From positions 8,122,001 through 8,186,000 of the forward strand of contig CM120642.1 in the NCBI GenBank assembly GCA_051362555.1: a DNA stretch of 64,000 nucleotides, given 5' to 3'. The translations under genes and the position numbers were made by a program. The stretch comes from Lingula anatina (Eukaryota; Animalia; Brachiopoda). Within the stretch, counting starts at the first letter, position 1. Every line of letters starts with the position of its first letter. The notes beneath the pieces were generated by a model that saw only the letters and a program-made list of their open reading frames with translations, did not search any database and was not told where the DNA came from. Below are positions 52,371 to 64,000 of this stretch, in pieces.

Positions 52371-52397
52371 GTTCAGAGACGGCGTCTCCTTTTTATC
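52371..52397 (-). promoter_or_regulatory. Shared core-promoter block (copy B)
   Basis: Minus strand GATAAAAAGGAGACGCCGTCTCTGAAC, ~175 bp upstream of ATG 52222. Confidence 0.5.
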
Positions 52398-54708
52398 GTC
52401 GTCGCTGTAGTTTGGTGTTTCTGTTAACGTAACCTAGTAGCACCATGGTGATTTCTTTTCCAAAGGAGAAACAGACTTGCTTTAATATTCTGATGCCTAC
52501 ACGACATGCCCACATGATTAAAAACAGTTTATTACAGCGGCCCGCGTCATGGATACGGAAACAAAATCACAAGGCCTTCAGGTCGTGTTGGAACCAATGA
52601 CAGCCTTGCTGTAAATTTCACGGGAGTGGTGCGTCGTTATCGATCCGCTGTATAATGCCATTCAAAATCCATGGTGTACCGTAAATGTCGCAAAGTTGTG
52701 ATAGAATATCTCAAATTTGCTCACGATTTAAATGCATTATATCAGTTATAAAGGGTTATAAGGAATCCTGTATTTTTAAACGGCGAGATGTCTTAAGAAA
52801 AGACAATGACGTCTCTTTAAAAAAGGTGAATTGATGTTCAGTAGCCACGAAGAACAAATAAGTCATAAAATGAGTTACTTTTTACGCATTGCTATCCACC
52901 TAATGAACCTCTGGTGACAGGATACATGAATGATGTATATGAATGAAAAAACTCATACAAGCTCATTCCCGCACGTTGAATAAATTGCGTATCGGTGCTC
53001 TCTTGAGTAATGGTCCTAAACAAATGAGTCCATTGTAAGCAATAGTATTGGTAAATTCATCTTGGATATCATCAACCTGTGATGGTTACCGTCAGCTATT
53101 GTTCATGCTTAAGCCATCAATCCAAAAGCGGGAAATGGAATGTAAAGGTTTTATTGTCTGTGAACAGAATAATATGAGATGGTAAATGCTGTGTAATCTT
53201 GGCTGTTGTTGCTTTACGCAGAGTATAGTACATTAACATCAGCTGCGGAATATGTAAATACGTATATATTGGTGTGATGGGCTGGTTGAGAAATTCATGG
53301 ATAGCTATAAAAATTATCACACCCCCTAACCATGCCCAGTGTCCGTCTGAACAAAGCCAGTGGTCAATCTTGTCTTCATACTTGTAAAACCCAAGTCAGC
53401 ATGTGGCGTTATGAGTAAAGTCATTTGTAGTTGAACTCCTGAAAAGAGGCGATTTCATCAGTCAAATCTTGGGTCTTATATACACAATGGGTTCATGTTT
53501 ATAGCTCAATAAGGGTGGAGGGGTTTAGTGATGTTATCCCTTCATCCTTCTACTTTGTACTTAACTTTTAAGTTCGATCTGGTCACCCTTTAAATAGCTT
53601 CCACGTCTCCCTGGCCATACATGTGGCTAAACGTACCTTATGTAATTAGGCTTAGGGCTCATTTCCATTGAAGCTATCGGTCTAAGGAGATCGATCCAAC
53701 TCTGTGAGGTCTCTCGCTGACTACAATCAGTTTAACAGATTAACAAGCCTCCTTTTGTTTTCAACGTACTCGTGTAATTACCAGCTCGGCTGCATTCTAC
53801 TCAATGTCTGGAGACGGCGTGTTATCTGTTAAACTGACTGCATTCAGTCCTTGCGGAGTTGGATCGATCTACATAGACGGATATCTGCAATGGGAATGAG
53901 TCCTTGGTCTCACAAGCAACCATGACCTTATAACATAAGCAAACACCATTATTTCCCGACAGTAGTTCTAAATACCCAGTACGTTTTGTGAGAACAGGTT
54001 TCTCGAACAAAAATGTGCCACCCCGGGCCACCGGGCTGGCCATGAATAAATGCACACAACACCTCAGACAACAAATTATTAAGGGATTTATTTATTCAAA
54101 CGCAAAAAATGTTATTGAAGTTTTAATATTCTATAAAGCGCCCTAATAACTACAGCGGCGGCATGACCCCACACACTCAGTTAGAATTGGTTCAAGCCTA
54201 TTACTGATACAATGGTTTTAAATACAGGTGCGCCTCAGGGCCGTTTTTTATCGCCATGCTTTTACAGCCTGTTCACATATGATAGTGTGAGCAACCATGA
54301 AAGCACATCTATTATAAGTTTGCTCATTATACAACACTTATAGGACTGATAAGTGTTTTACCAAGAGACTATATGCAGACGTAATATTGAATCAGCGGTT
54401 GAATGGTGTAACGATTATTACCTTGTTCTGAATGTTGGGAAAAAACGGTAGTAGATTTAAGAAAGAATAAGAATGAGAAGAAGCCTGTTTACATTGACAA
54501 CACTGTAGTTAAGCAAATGTGAGATTTTATACTGCTTGGGGTTGATCTTAATTGCATCTTGACATGATATTATTACACACACACAGCTGAGAAAAACGAG
54601 ACAAAGAGTTTACTTTTAAAGAAAACTGAGGGACTTTACAAGAAACCAATTGGTTTTATCTAATTTTGGCGCTGTCTTAACCTTTGCTGTAACAGTATTG
54701 TATGGACC

Positions 54709-55636
54709 CTGGCCTTCCCAACTACCAGACTCGACACCTACGGGTCCAGTATAAACCGGTTTATCAGACCACACTACCCGTTTTCAAGGTGTGTGTCAGA
54801 TCGCATTACAGAGTATCAGCCACCACACCGATTTTGCCTGGTGCGCGATGTGATAGCAATGATCCTAAGCGGGGTTGGAAAGTAGTGCATCTCTTCTAGA
54901 TTCATGCGCTGCTGCAATTTTCTCTGTTAATGCTAAAATCTGACAGTACCGCAATTTTTAACATAAAATTTAGGTTCGGACATAGCCAATGATGTTTTGT
55001 AAATAAGAACTTGCAAACTTAAATATTAATTTAGAAAAGTAGACCTAATTTTGATAGCGGAAGCATATTCTGTCGGGGGTTAAATATTTTCATGACTACC
55101 GGGATGGACGAGATTGAGGGCAGGGGTAATCCTAGAGAGGGGTGAGAAACGTCCATTGTTCTCGTCAGCGAGGCTGTCCTTTTTCAGGGTTTGTACGCAC
55201 GGACAGAAAACTTAAGTATTGTGGTAGTACTAGGATATCAGCCTGTAGTCTTGAACAAGCGCCTCGATGACGAGTGAACAGTTGTCAAAAACAAAAGACC
55301 CAGGTGTGGTAGTTCAACTACTGTTCATGCGTGCCGCAACGACCAAACCTAAATTGCTCCTCAAGGTCACAAAACAATAACCGGTAGGCTCGTCTTAATC
55401 ATATAAGTCGCGCGTTTCCACCCCCTGATTGAGGGAGTCGTCTGTTGTATTCATACGAGTCCTACTTGACGAAAACGAGGCGCGATACCCGGATGACAGG
55501 TAGGCTTCAGAATTTGTGATAGGGTATGATACTCTTTTATGCGATCTGACACACACCTTGAAAACGGGTAGTGTGGTCAGATATACCGGTTTATTTTGGA
55601 CCCGTAGGTGCCGAGTCTGGTAGTTGGGAAGGCCTG
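54709..55636. mobile_element. Non-autonomous DNA transposon, ~110-bp imperfect TIRs, 5-bp TSD (hAT-like termini)
   Basis: Left end CTGGCCTTCCCAACTACCAGACTCGACACCTACGGGTCCA...GTGTGTCAGATCGCAT is mirrored by right end ATGCGATCTGACACAC...TGGACCCGTAGGTGCCGAGTCTGGTAGTTGGGAAGGCCTG. GGACC flanks both ends (54704-54708, 55637-55641). No transposase ORF. Confidence 0.85.
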
Positions 55637-58600
55637 GGACCTGCCACAGAGGAGGAAATTAATAAATTAGATGGACTTAGATGAAACGTGGGGTTGGATT
55701 TCCCCTTAAAATAATTTATGGAATAATTTATATGGAAAGAGTGGCTTCTAAAACCGAAAAAAATTATGAACTATACCATTCACCCTGCTAATAAACTTTT
55801 TTAATTTATCCCAAGCAAATGTAGACTTTAAACTTTAAGAAGAAGCTTTTATCCAACTGCCGCATCTCTTTTTAATAAGTAACGATTACTATTATTTGCT
55901 TTGTTTATTTTTATTTATTTTATTTGTTTGATCTTTTTAAAACCCGAGATAGTTTGACAATCTCGTTATATGAAAACTGGCAAGTGGATATTGCAAAAGG
56001 AACTTTCCATTTGTTCAGTTTTATGACTGGGTCATGCCTTGCGTTTTCCAAAGTTATCCATTATAGCAGCCTCATTGTTGTGTTTGAAAGGATGCTAGCT
56101 ACAAACACATTTTGCTGAAAAATACAACAAAATATTCCTTGTTGCCCTTTGCCCAAGGGTTTTTGGGAGAGTCAGGTAACAATATGCAGGCGTGGTTTCT
56201 GTCCTGAAACAAAATATAAGTTCATATGCGTCTCTGTTGTTAGACTCGTAACAGAAGTAGAAGGTCAAATATTGATGTTCGTACAATGGAAGACACGCAG
56301 TTTGCTTGGATAGCGATCGTGAACAACGCTCCTTGCGCAGTGACAGTTTATGTATGTTATGGTGATTTCTGTTTGCTCCTGTGTCACCCATAGCAAAGGC
56401 AAACAATTCAGAAGTGGGCTTTAAGGTGTTATGAGCCTGTTGTTGTGGGGACGGCCTACATTGCCCCATCTTTTGACTTACCTTCAACGAATATTGACAC
56501 GAGTATAGGTACATTATATACCTATATGAAGAGATAAATGAGTTGTGCATTATCTATATAAAGAATTGATAGATATATACATTATTGATATAAAGAGAAA
56601 GAAGGATATGCACATTATCTACATAAAAAGATATATGTACACGAAAAGAATGTGAAATATTTACGTGTTTGCTTTAAGGTAATAGAAAGATTGTCAGGAG
56701 TATATTGCAGTCAATTAACAAGATAAATGGATAGATATGTGCATCATGTATTTAAGGAAATATAAGGACATTTACTTGTTGTTGAAACAATAGGATAAAA
56801 AAGGATAACCAGGAGTACGTTGTTATCAGATATCAAAATAAAAGGAAGGTACATTTTAAGAGAAGGGTGGGTAAATGACCCCAAAACCTGTAAGACAGGA
56901 TAACAGTAATGTGTAAGCCAATATAGAAACCTGAATATGACAACAAGATAATTCTGGAGATTATATTAATTATATTATGAAAAGATGGGTATCTATTTAA
57001 CGCATATCAGGATCCACGTAGAGAAAAGTTGTAAATGGTGCAGTCAAAGTTGCGGTCTTCACTTGCTAAAATGAGTTGTAATGTTTAACTCTGAATAAAC
57101 CCACAGATTCTGTTGATGATGACATGATGAAACACTAAACATTATTCTGTTGTCTAAATTATACTTGATTGCCAGAGAAAAATACCATTAGTTGCACTTA
57201 TTGGCTCCAACAAAGAAAACCACCCATCTGATTTCAAAAATTTCAACCAATATTTCTCTGGTCAGTACTTTCTATAAAAAGAAGTAAAAAGTATAGACGG
57301 ACTGGCGGTTGACAATATTTATTGTGGATGAACTGTATGAGATATCCTAATATAAACCTGTGATAAACCATGGGGTACACTAAGAAGTGAATAGAGATAT
57401 GTGTAATAGAATTCCGAAGAAGCAAACGAACGATGTTTATCATAAACTAGGACCTAGGCATAAACGAGTTTAAAAAATAACATAATTTGCACAAATGAAA
57501 AATAAGATAAAATGTAGCACACACACAGTGTGAATTCATGAAAGGTAAAACTGATAGATTCTAGAAGACAAACTTTAGTAAAGTGCCTGTAGCATAAATA
57601 CACCGCCAGCTCTCCTAGGCGACAGTTTGTATGTTATTTATACAATCGATCAAAATGACAAAAACTTAAATAAAAATTTTATGAGAAGAATGGAATAAAT
57701 GGGATTGCAGTTTATCTCTCTCCTAATTTCCCCAATGGATCGATAGAAATTTTGCACTTTTCACCTGGAAAACCGGCTTCCATTTTAAAGAACTGTTGCA
57801 AGGACGGCCATTGGGTGCCTTACAGGTATCGGCAAAATACAGTCGAAAGAAAATGGTATCGATTCAAACCCGGATAACGCGTGCATAATTTATGAAAAGG
57901 TGTAAGAGATCGATTACTATATTAGAGACCCACAAAATGCAAATAAAACTGGCACGTTTAACTAGATATTGAATAATTCACAACATGAACTAATGCTGTT
58001 TGTAATAAGAGTGTGGTAAGAGTAAGGATAAAGCAAGGAAACGACCCATCCTTCATCGTTAATTCAAAACATATTTTACTTGTCAGACATGAAATAAATT
58101 CTAGTGATTTTTAATTTATTAAAAAAAATGATTTTTTATCCTTTATCCACTTAATGCTAAAACATGTAGTGCAGTGTAATATGTAATAAAAGAACTTATA
58201 TCAGAAAGTGGAACAGGTCAGAAGCACAGCGCTGGTTTGTAAAACGTCCACTTTCTTTCGTGTCATTAGGTCATTATAATTGTTGTATTATCGATAGAAT
58301 ATACGTTGTGAGATACCGATTCTAAAGCGCTGAATATTTCTCACCCACGTCATAGGTTCAAATAGGAGAGTCGCACAGATATTTTCTACTTGGCTCTTAG
58401 TAAAGCGAAACATGCATGAATCAGTTTCGAAATTAGATATTTGTGTCAAATGGACAAGAAGAAAGTGATATAGAGCAATAGCCTTGATTTGTAGATAAAT
58501 ATAGCATTATTTTTCAGCCACGCCGACGGAACAAAATATTGATTCAATAACTGTTGTCATAGCAGAGGAAAAATGGTGTGATGAAAGATCTATTTCCTGA

Positions 58601-58799
58601 TGTAAATCTGAAATTTCTTTCGGATTTCATTGCTTCTAGATTATAACGACTTATATAACACATGTGGTTAAAAAAGCCAGTGGTAACATTCTGCGACTTG
58701 ATCCGACAATACAAACATGTCGCCATGTCCAGCTATGACCAATTCAGTGACCTTCGTTGACCCTATGTCACGTGCCCATATTGTACGTGCTGTCCTGTT

Positions 58800-58932
58800 C
58801 TCTACCAGGGTGACAGATTTTATTATAGGCACATTTTCTACATTTCCAGAGAACCAAATGACCGTGTATTTATCTAAATACATATCTGTGAATATCTTGT
58901 GAAAAATCAATCTGTGACTCTGCTAGAGGGTA
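58800..58932. mobile_element. Degenerate copy of the foldback MITE family seen at 35490
   Basis: CTCTACCAGGGTGACAGAT ... CATATCTGTGAATATC..AAAAATC..TGCTAGAGGGTA matches both termini of 35490-35672 with substitutions; no intact TSD. Confidence 0.7.
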
Positions 58933-60485
58933 GTACTTTCCTTGTTTGTGATTTCGTCATAGTGACTCAATGTTCACATTTGATCATCAAGGTTGCGCCA
59001 CTCCCTTTATAAAACAAAATGATTATAGCACACTAAAGTCACGTTATGCAAACATTTAGCATGAGTAGCAGAAATAGAAACGACTATTTATAGTAAAACA
59101 GTGGATTTATAGAAATGATAAGCGCAAATACAGATGCCTGAAATTCGCGTCAACCCATGGGTTGCCGTTTCTTTGTTTGAGATAGAGTAAGAGACGGAAA
59201 GAGGGAGAGAATAAACCAGAAAAAAATAAGTTTTATAACAAAGTCTGGTTAACATTCACAATGCTGTGTAATACAATATAAAACTTCTATCACATATTCC
59301 ACTTAAACTGCTTAAACTTTTGTGACCTCTCCTTTCAAAGGCTCCTATGTCAGCAAGACATGAAGTAAACATAGAAATCCACTGTGTCTACACCAAGGAA
59401 TTCAAATCTGAAATCAACAAATGCGGTATCCACGACAACAGTAAACTCGGAAATCGAATATTTTACCAGCGTGATGAAGCGGAAACTCAAGTATGAAGAC
59501 TTCAAGAAAAAAAGAAAGGTTTGACCAATCACAATGCCGCATTAAGGGCAAGCTGAAAATAGATCTCAAGTGCCCTACGGGGCATTGGCTAAATACAGTG
59601 TACATTTCATCACGATTTGCTTGCACAGACTTGATCGATAAGATTTTCATCAATGTCGATTCTACCTTAAGTAAATACCAGGCTGAATGGAGATATATTC
59701 GACTTTATTATTTCTTTTCTTTTCTTTCATTTCTTTTGAAGGGGAGATGATGGTTTGTTTTAGTGATTATCTTCGCCATGATTTTGGTGAATGTCGAACT
59801 ATTTTACTATTAAACGGTTATATTGTTGCGTCCTCTCCAGGCCAGATTTTCGATTAAGTTGTATAATGGTCTTCAGTTAAACCACATTCCAGGCTATATT
59901 GTGTTAAGTTATAGACGAGATATAATAAGATCCAGCTTCTACATTCTTAATATACACATATACAGTTGTGTGTATTGTTAACGGTGGCGTTAGCAATAGC
60001 AGGACGGGAACAACTGACAACAGACAACTGGTATGAAACTGATACAGACACGGTTGCGTAGTGTTGAGAGCAACGCTTTCTTGCATCATCACAACGTTTT
60101 TCAAACAACTGAAGAACGCCTTTTCATAAAGGTGAATCGGTTGTGCATAGTTAATACACAAAATATTTAACGACCAAACCACAACCCCTTTAACTTCTGG
60201 CCAACTTCTAGGTATAGGTTTTGCTTGGCATTTACATAAAGACGTTTGGTAACGTTTTTAGATGCAGGAGTTTTGTGAAACGTCTTATAGATGCTATAAC
60301 GTTTTCTATATAAGAAGACGTCAAAGAAGTCTTCGTTACCAAGATCGGTGACAGACTGGGAAGTGCCGGCGTGGTTGTTGCGACGGTTGTGATCGACAAA
60401 ATGCTTTATAGCAACTCGTCGCATTCGCTTTCGAACTCCTATTTACATGAATACACAAAAAGTGTTAAAAATATCAATACCCCCA

Positions 60486-60654
60486 CAGGGGCGGATTGAG
60501 GCCGTCTTCTGGGTCTTCCGGAAGACGGTCAGATTTTCAAGTTTACATTGACGGATATTTAATTTTTTCTGTCGGAAGACAGTCAAAAAATGGAGGATGG
60601 ATCAACAAAGATAATTTGGAAGACTGTCAGAAAATGTCTCTGGATCCGCCCCTG
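60486..60654. mobile_element. Short hAT-type MITE
   Basis: TIRs CAGGGGCGGAT ... ATCCGCCCCTG with internal GGAAGAC subrepeats; CCCCA flanks both ends. Confidence 0.7.
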
Positions 60655-61734
60655 CCCCACCACCCCCACCCACTTGCAACTGTTACATGTAAAAACTGGT
60701 AATTGAATTAGAATATTACTAAGCAAACAATCCTTTACTTCCTAAATAAATCAGGAAATTAAAATACCATTTTTGTTTGAATAGATTTTAGGGTGCTTCC
60801 ATGAAAAATGAAATGTGTAAAAAGAAAAAAAAACACAATGAATTTTGTATAAAGTTTGTATCATGCATTTATTTTTTTTAGTTCCTTGACTGTATAACTC
60901 AGCGCTTCATAGTAACGTCATACAGAGCGTATATAAAAATTCATACCCTTGTTAAGAGTTTTTACATAAGGCATATTGTTAAACCAATAAATATAAAAAA
61001 TTAATAGGTATTCATGCTACTGCCCTGTTCAATTACTCAGCACCTCATAGTCTCCAATTGCAATAACAATATATCTTTTTTTCAAAATTTTAAAATTACA
61101 TAAATTACACAAAAAATCCATTGGCACATTTTTATTCATTTAGACCACCATTTCATATCTCGAGATTCACCGCGAGATTGTCATCGGCAAGATCAGTGAA
61201 GCGCCATATTTGTTTTAGTTGCGACATTTATTGATGTCTGGGCTGCAAAAGAGCACATGGCTTTTTTAAAGCAAGCTTGTGCGACAAGCAGGAGAACCAA
61301 CTGGGTTAATCGGACTTGTCTCAAACAGCGGACACAATTGCAGTCAGCAACATTGCCATAAATACAGTATTATATTGATATAAACATTATGCTATTGTCA
61401 TATGTGTAAATACATTTAATAATAGAAAACCGCTCATCTAGTATTGCTATTACATATGTGTCATAGGAGATATCACAGATTGACAGTTGCCGTATTGCAT
61501 TCAGCATAGTGGAGAAAAGAGATCGGTCCCAGGGGACATTTTTCCAAATGTAAGTTATATTATGCTGTCTTTTCCGTCACAGTTTGAGCAAATAAGCGGT
61601 GTAAGATATATATACATATATATATATATATAGGTAATGCCATTAACCTGGGTGACCAGCGATGAAATTTCGAAATCAACTCGAAAGTAATGTCCATTCG
61701 CCCACGTTAATGGCACTGTGAGTAGGGTCGTATT

Positions 61735-62623
61735 TTATCCGTGAACCAAGAAAGCGAAGAGAGCCAAAAAGAAGCATGCCATGCTAACTGTAAATTGTGG
61801 AACGCCATTATGACCGTACATGGAAGCAGTCGTCGTTTCAGCTGTGGTGTTTGATGAGGAGGTAGAACTGGATGATGAAGACGCTGCCGTTGATGTAGCT
61901 GCTGCTGCACTCACTGTAACGGTTGAACCTGCTGCTGATGCCGCTCCAGATGTTGCAGTTGCTGCCGCTCCTGATGATGTGGCTGCTGCAGCCGTACCAG
62001 AGGACGACGCTGCGACGGATGAGGCACCTGCTCCAGCAGAAGAGGAGGCACTTGCTCCAGCAGAGGACGAGGCACTTGCTCCAGCAGAAGATGAGGCACT
62101 TGCTCCAGCGGAGGATGAGGCACCTGCTCCAGCAGAGGACGAGGCACCTGCTGACGCCGTGTTTGATGTAGAGCTTTGTGAGTTTGCAGAATGCAGAACT
62201 AAAAGGAAAAAAAGACAATGGTTCATGTGTGAAGATAAGGCTGTTGAAGCCCTGAAAATGAGATTCTCATTTTAATAATGTCCCTTTCGATAACATCGTG
62301 AAAACAGTCGTTAAGTCTTAAGCAAGTAGATACCTAACTTGTCTTTTTAAATTTGCGTGCTACTGCATATTTTAAGTATTTATAATATTTCGACGTTACC
62401 AAGTAAATTCTACATCTAGCGCTTTCTGCTTTAGGTATATCTGTCGCACCAGATAACTTTTAAGACTGTGTAGACTTCAAGTAGCTTTTAAACCCACTAG
62501 GCTACTACACACAAACGTACACCTAACTTTAATCAATTAACTATTTAACTTAAAAAGAATAAAATAAAAATGTAACTTACCGAAAGCAACAATAAGTAAG
62601 TTAATAAGCAATGTAAACTTCAT
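61735..62623 (-). CDS. Ala/Ser/Gly-rich secreted, probably GPI-anchored protein, paralogue C (168 aa); short inverted duplicate of A
   Basis: complement(join(61735..62198,62581..62623)). MKFTLLINLLIVAFVLHSANS|QSSTSNTASAGASSS..., only ~6-7 repeat units, C-terminus SSNTTAETTTASMYGHNGVPQFTVSMACFFLALFAFLVHG*. The 3' flank is collinear with that of A down to AATAAA (minus, 60868-60873). Confidence 0.88.
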
Positions 62624-62806
62624 TTTTCTTTCGTATAAGTCTTAATTAAGTAACGTGATAATACAGTTCCTCTGGTCTCGTAAGATCCCTCTGCTAAAAT
62701 GTACGTGCGGTTCCTTTTTTAAGTTATAAGTTCCACGTTTTCTTAGGATTCTGTGTCTCAAAGATGACAACGATTACGAAGCGAGATTGCAAATGTTGTA
62801 TAGCTC

Positions 62807-62832
62807 GTTCAGTGACTGGCGTGTGCTTTTAT
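62807..62832 (-). promoter_or_regulatory. Shared core-promoter block (copy C)
   Basis: Minus strand ATAAAAGCACACGCCAGTCACTGAAC, ~210 bp upstream of ATG 62623. Confidence 0.45.
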
Positions 62833-64000
62833 GGCGAGCAATATGTTTATTTAGTTACCTCATGTTGCATCTTGGAGACTCCATGGCTACTTTTTTAGTG
62901 GCGACAACTTCGAAATTTTGAATCATCCTCTTTCGGGGCCATACTAGCAAAATGCAGCGTCCCCTATCATGCATACGTTTTTCCTATGCGCACGCTTTAT
63001 ATGCTTTGTATTCAGTGCGGCCATTGCGGAGTATAACGGCCATTTCGAGATTACGTAATGCTTACTGTGGCAGGCGAAATGAGGCGTAGTTCTGTTATGA
63101 TTATATTTGGATGTTGGTAGGGAAGGGGTAAAACTCTGCCAAGCAAGTATCTTATATGTATCCCTAAAATAGGAATCACTTTGACTTAAGTTTACCATAA
63201 AAATAAATTAATTAATTAATTAAAAAATAAAATAAAAAAAAGAGAGAGAGAAGTTCCTTTTATCAGTAAACGCAACTGTTTTTTCCTCAGGGGCGGGTGA
63301 CTAGGTTTTCAACTTTTAGCAGTTTACTCTCAGTACATCCTGTTTCAGAGAAAAGAAAAAGCTGGGCTCTCAGCGCCTTAACTCAGGACCAGGTTACCGG
63401 CTGCAATAAGAGTAGAAAAATGATATTAATATATTGACATGATTTTACAACTGTCTTTTTAAGTCATGTCCTGACAAAGCTCGTCATTACAAATATTGTG
63501 TCAAGCAATAAAAGTCGAATTATTGGTGCGAAATACTCCATTTAATCGGAATTTTTGTACATTCCCCTTAATACCGAACCCTTAATCCCGTCTTCACTTT
63601 TTCATGAGTTGCAAAATCTTGAGTTCTCTGGATCAATATTAAATTTTGTTATGGTCAATTGAATATTATTGACATCTGTATTTTAGTCTGGATTTCCAAT
63701 GTTTGTTCTTTTCTTTTCTTTTCGTATGTGCAACTAAATCAGTGTTGCAAAACAAACACTAGTCAACAGATGCGCAGCAATCTTAAATCAATATCATTTT
63801 CATATTCCAAACTTTCCCCCAATAGGTCCTTAAGATGAAGGCTGTTTTTAACAACAGCGTGTGAAGAAAAACGTTTGTTTTTATCTTTATCGTTCTTATT
63901 TTTCATCGTAAAATAACTTATGGAATTTTTATAGAAAGTTTGGCATAAAACAAATCGTAGTCATCAAGTAGTTTAACTTTTTGTCATTTATATAATATTA

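Noticed and set aside
59350-60424. Several 60-92 aa ORFs suggesting a decayed gene or TE
   Set aside because: No recognisable motif and no consistent frame or splice pattern.

Overview
AT-rich, intron-containing eukaryotic DNA from an invertebrate. The paramyosin N-terminus suggests a lophotrochozoan, probably a mollusc (inference). Five spliced genes were reconstructed by hand from GT-AG sites and reading phase. (1) A complete 15-coding-exon paramyosin (+, 10219-27261, 855 aa) with CArG boxes in its promoter. (2) A secreted protein with one atypical C-type-lectin-like domain and three ShKT domains (+, 30655-35126, 276 aa). (3-5) A cluster of three paralogous two-exon genes (44710-46917 +, 50882-52222 -, 61735-62623 -) encoding signal peptide + Ala/Ser/Gly low-complexity, silk-like body + GPI-type tail, which I cannot assign to a known family. 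The three paralogues share a core-promoter block and a ~1 kb 3' region containing conserved hairpins, one resembling a kink-turn/SECIS core; this cluster is the best candidate for an undescribed system. The window also holds several non-autonomous DNA transposons (including a near-perfect foldback with a 9-bp TSD), a decayed non-LTR RT fragment, tandem repeats and a possible spliced antisense transcript running into the paramyosin 3' end. No database searches or folding calculations were run.
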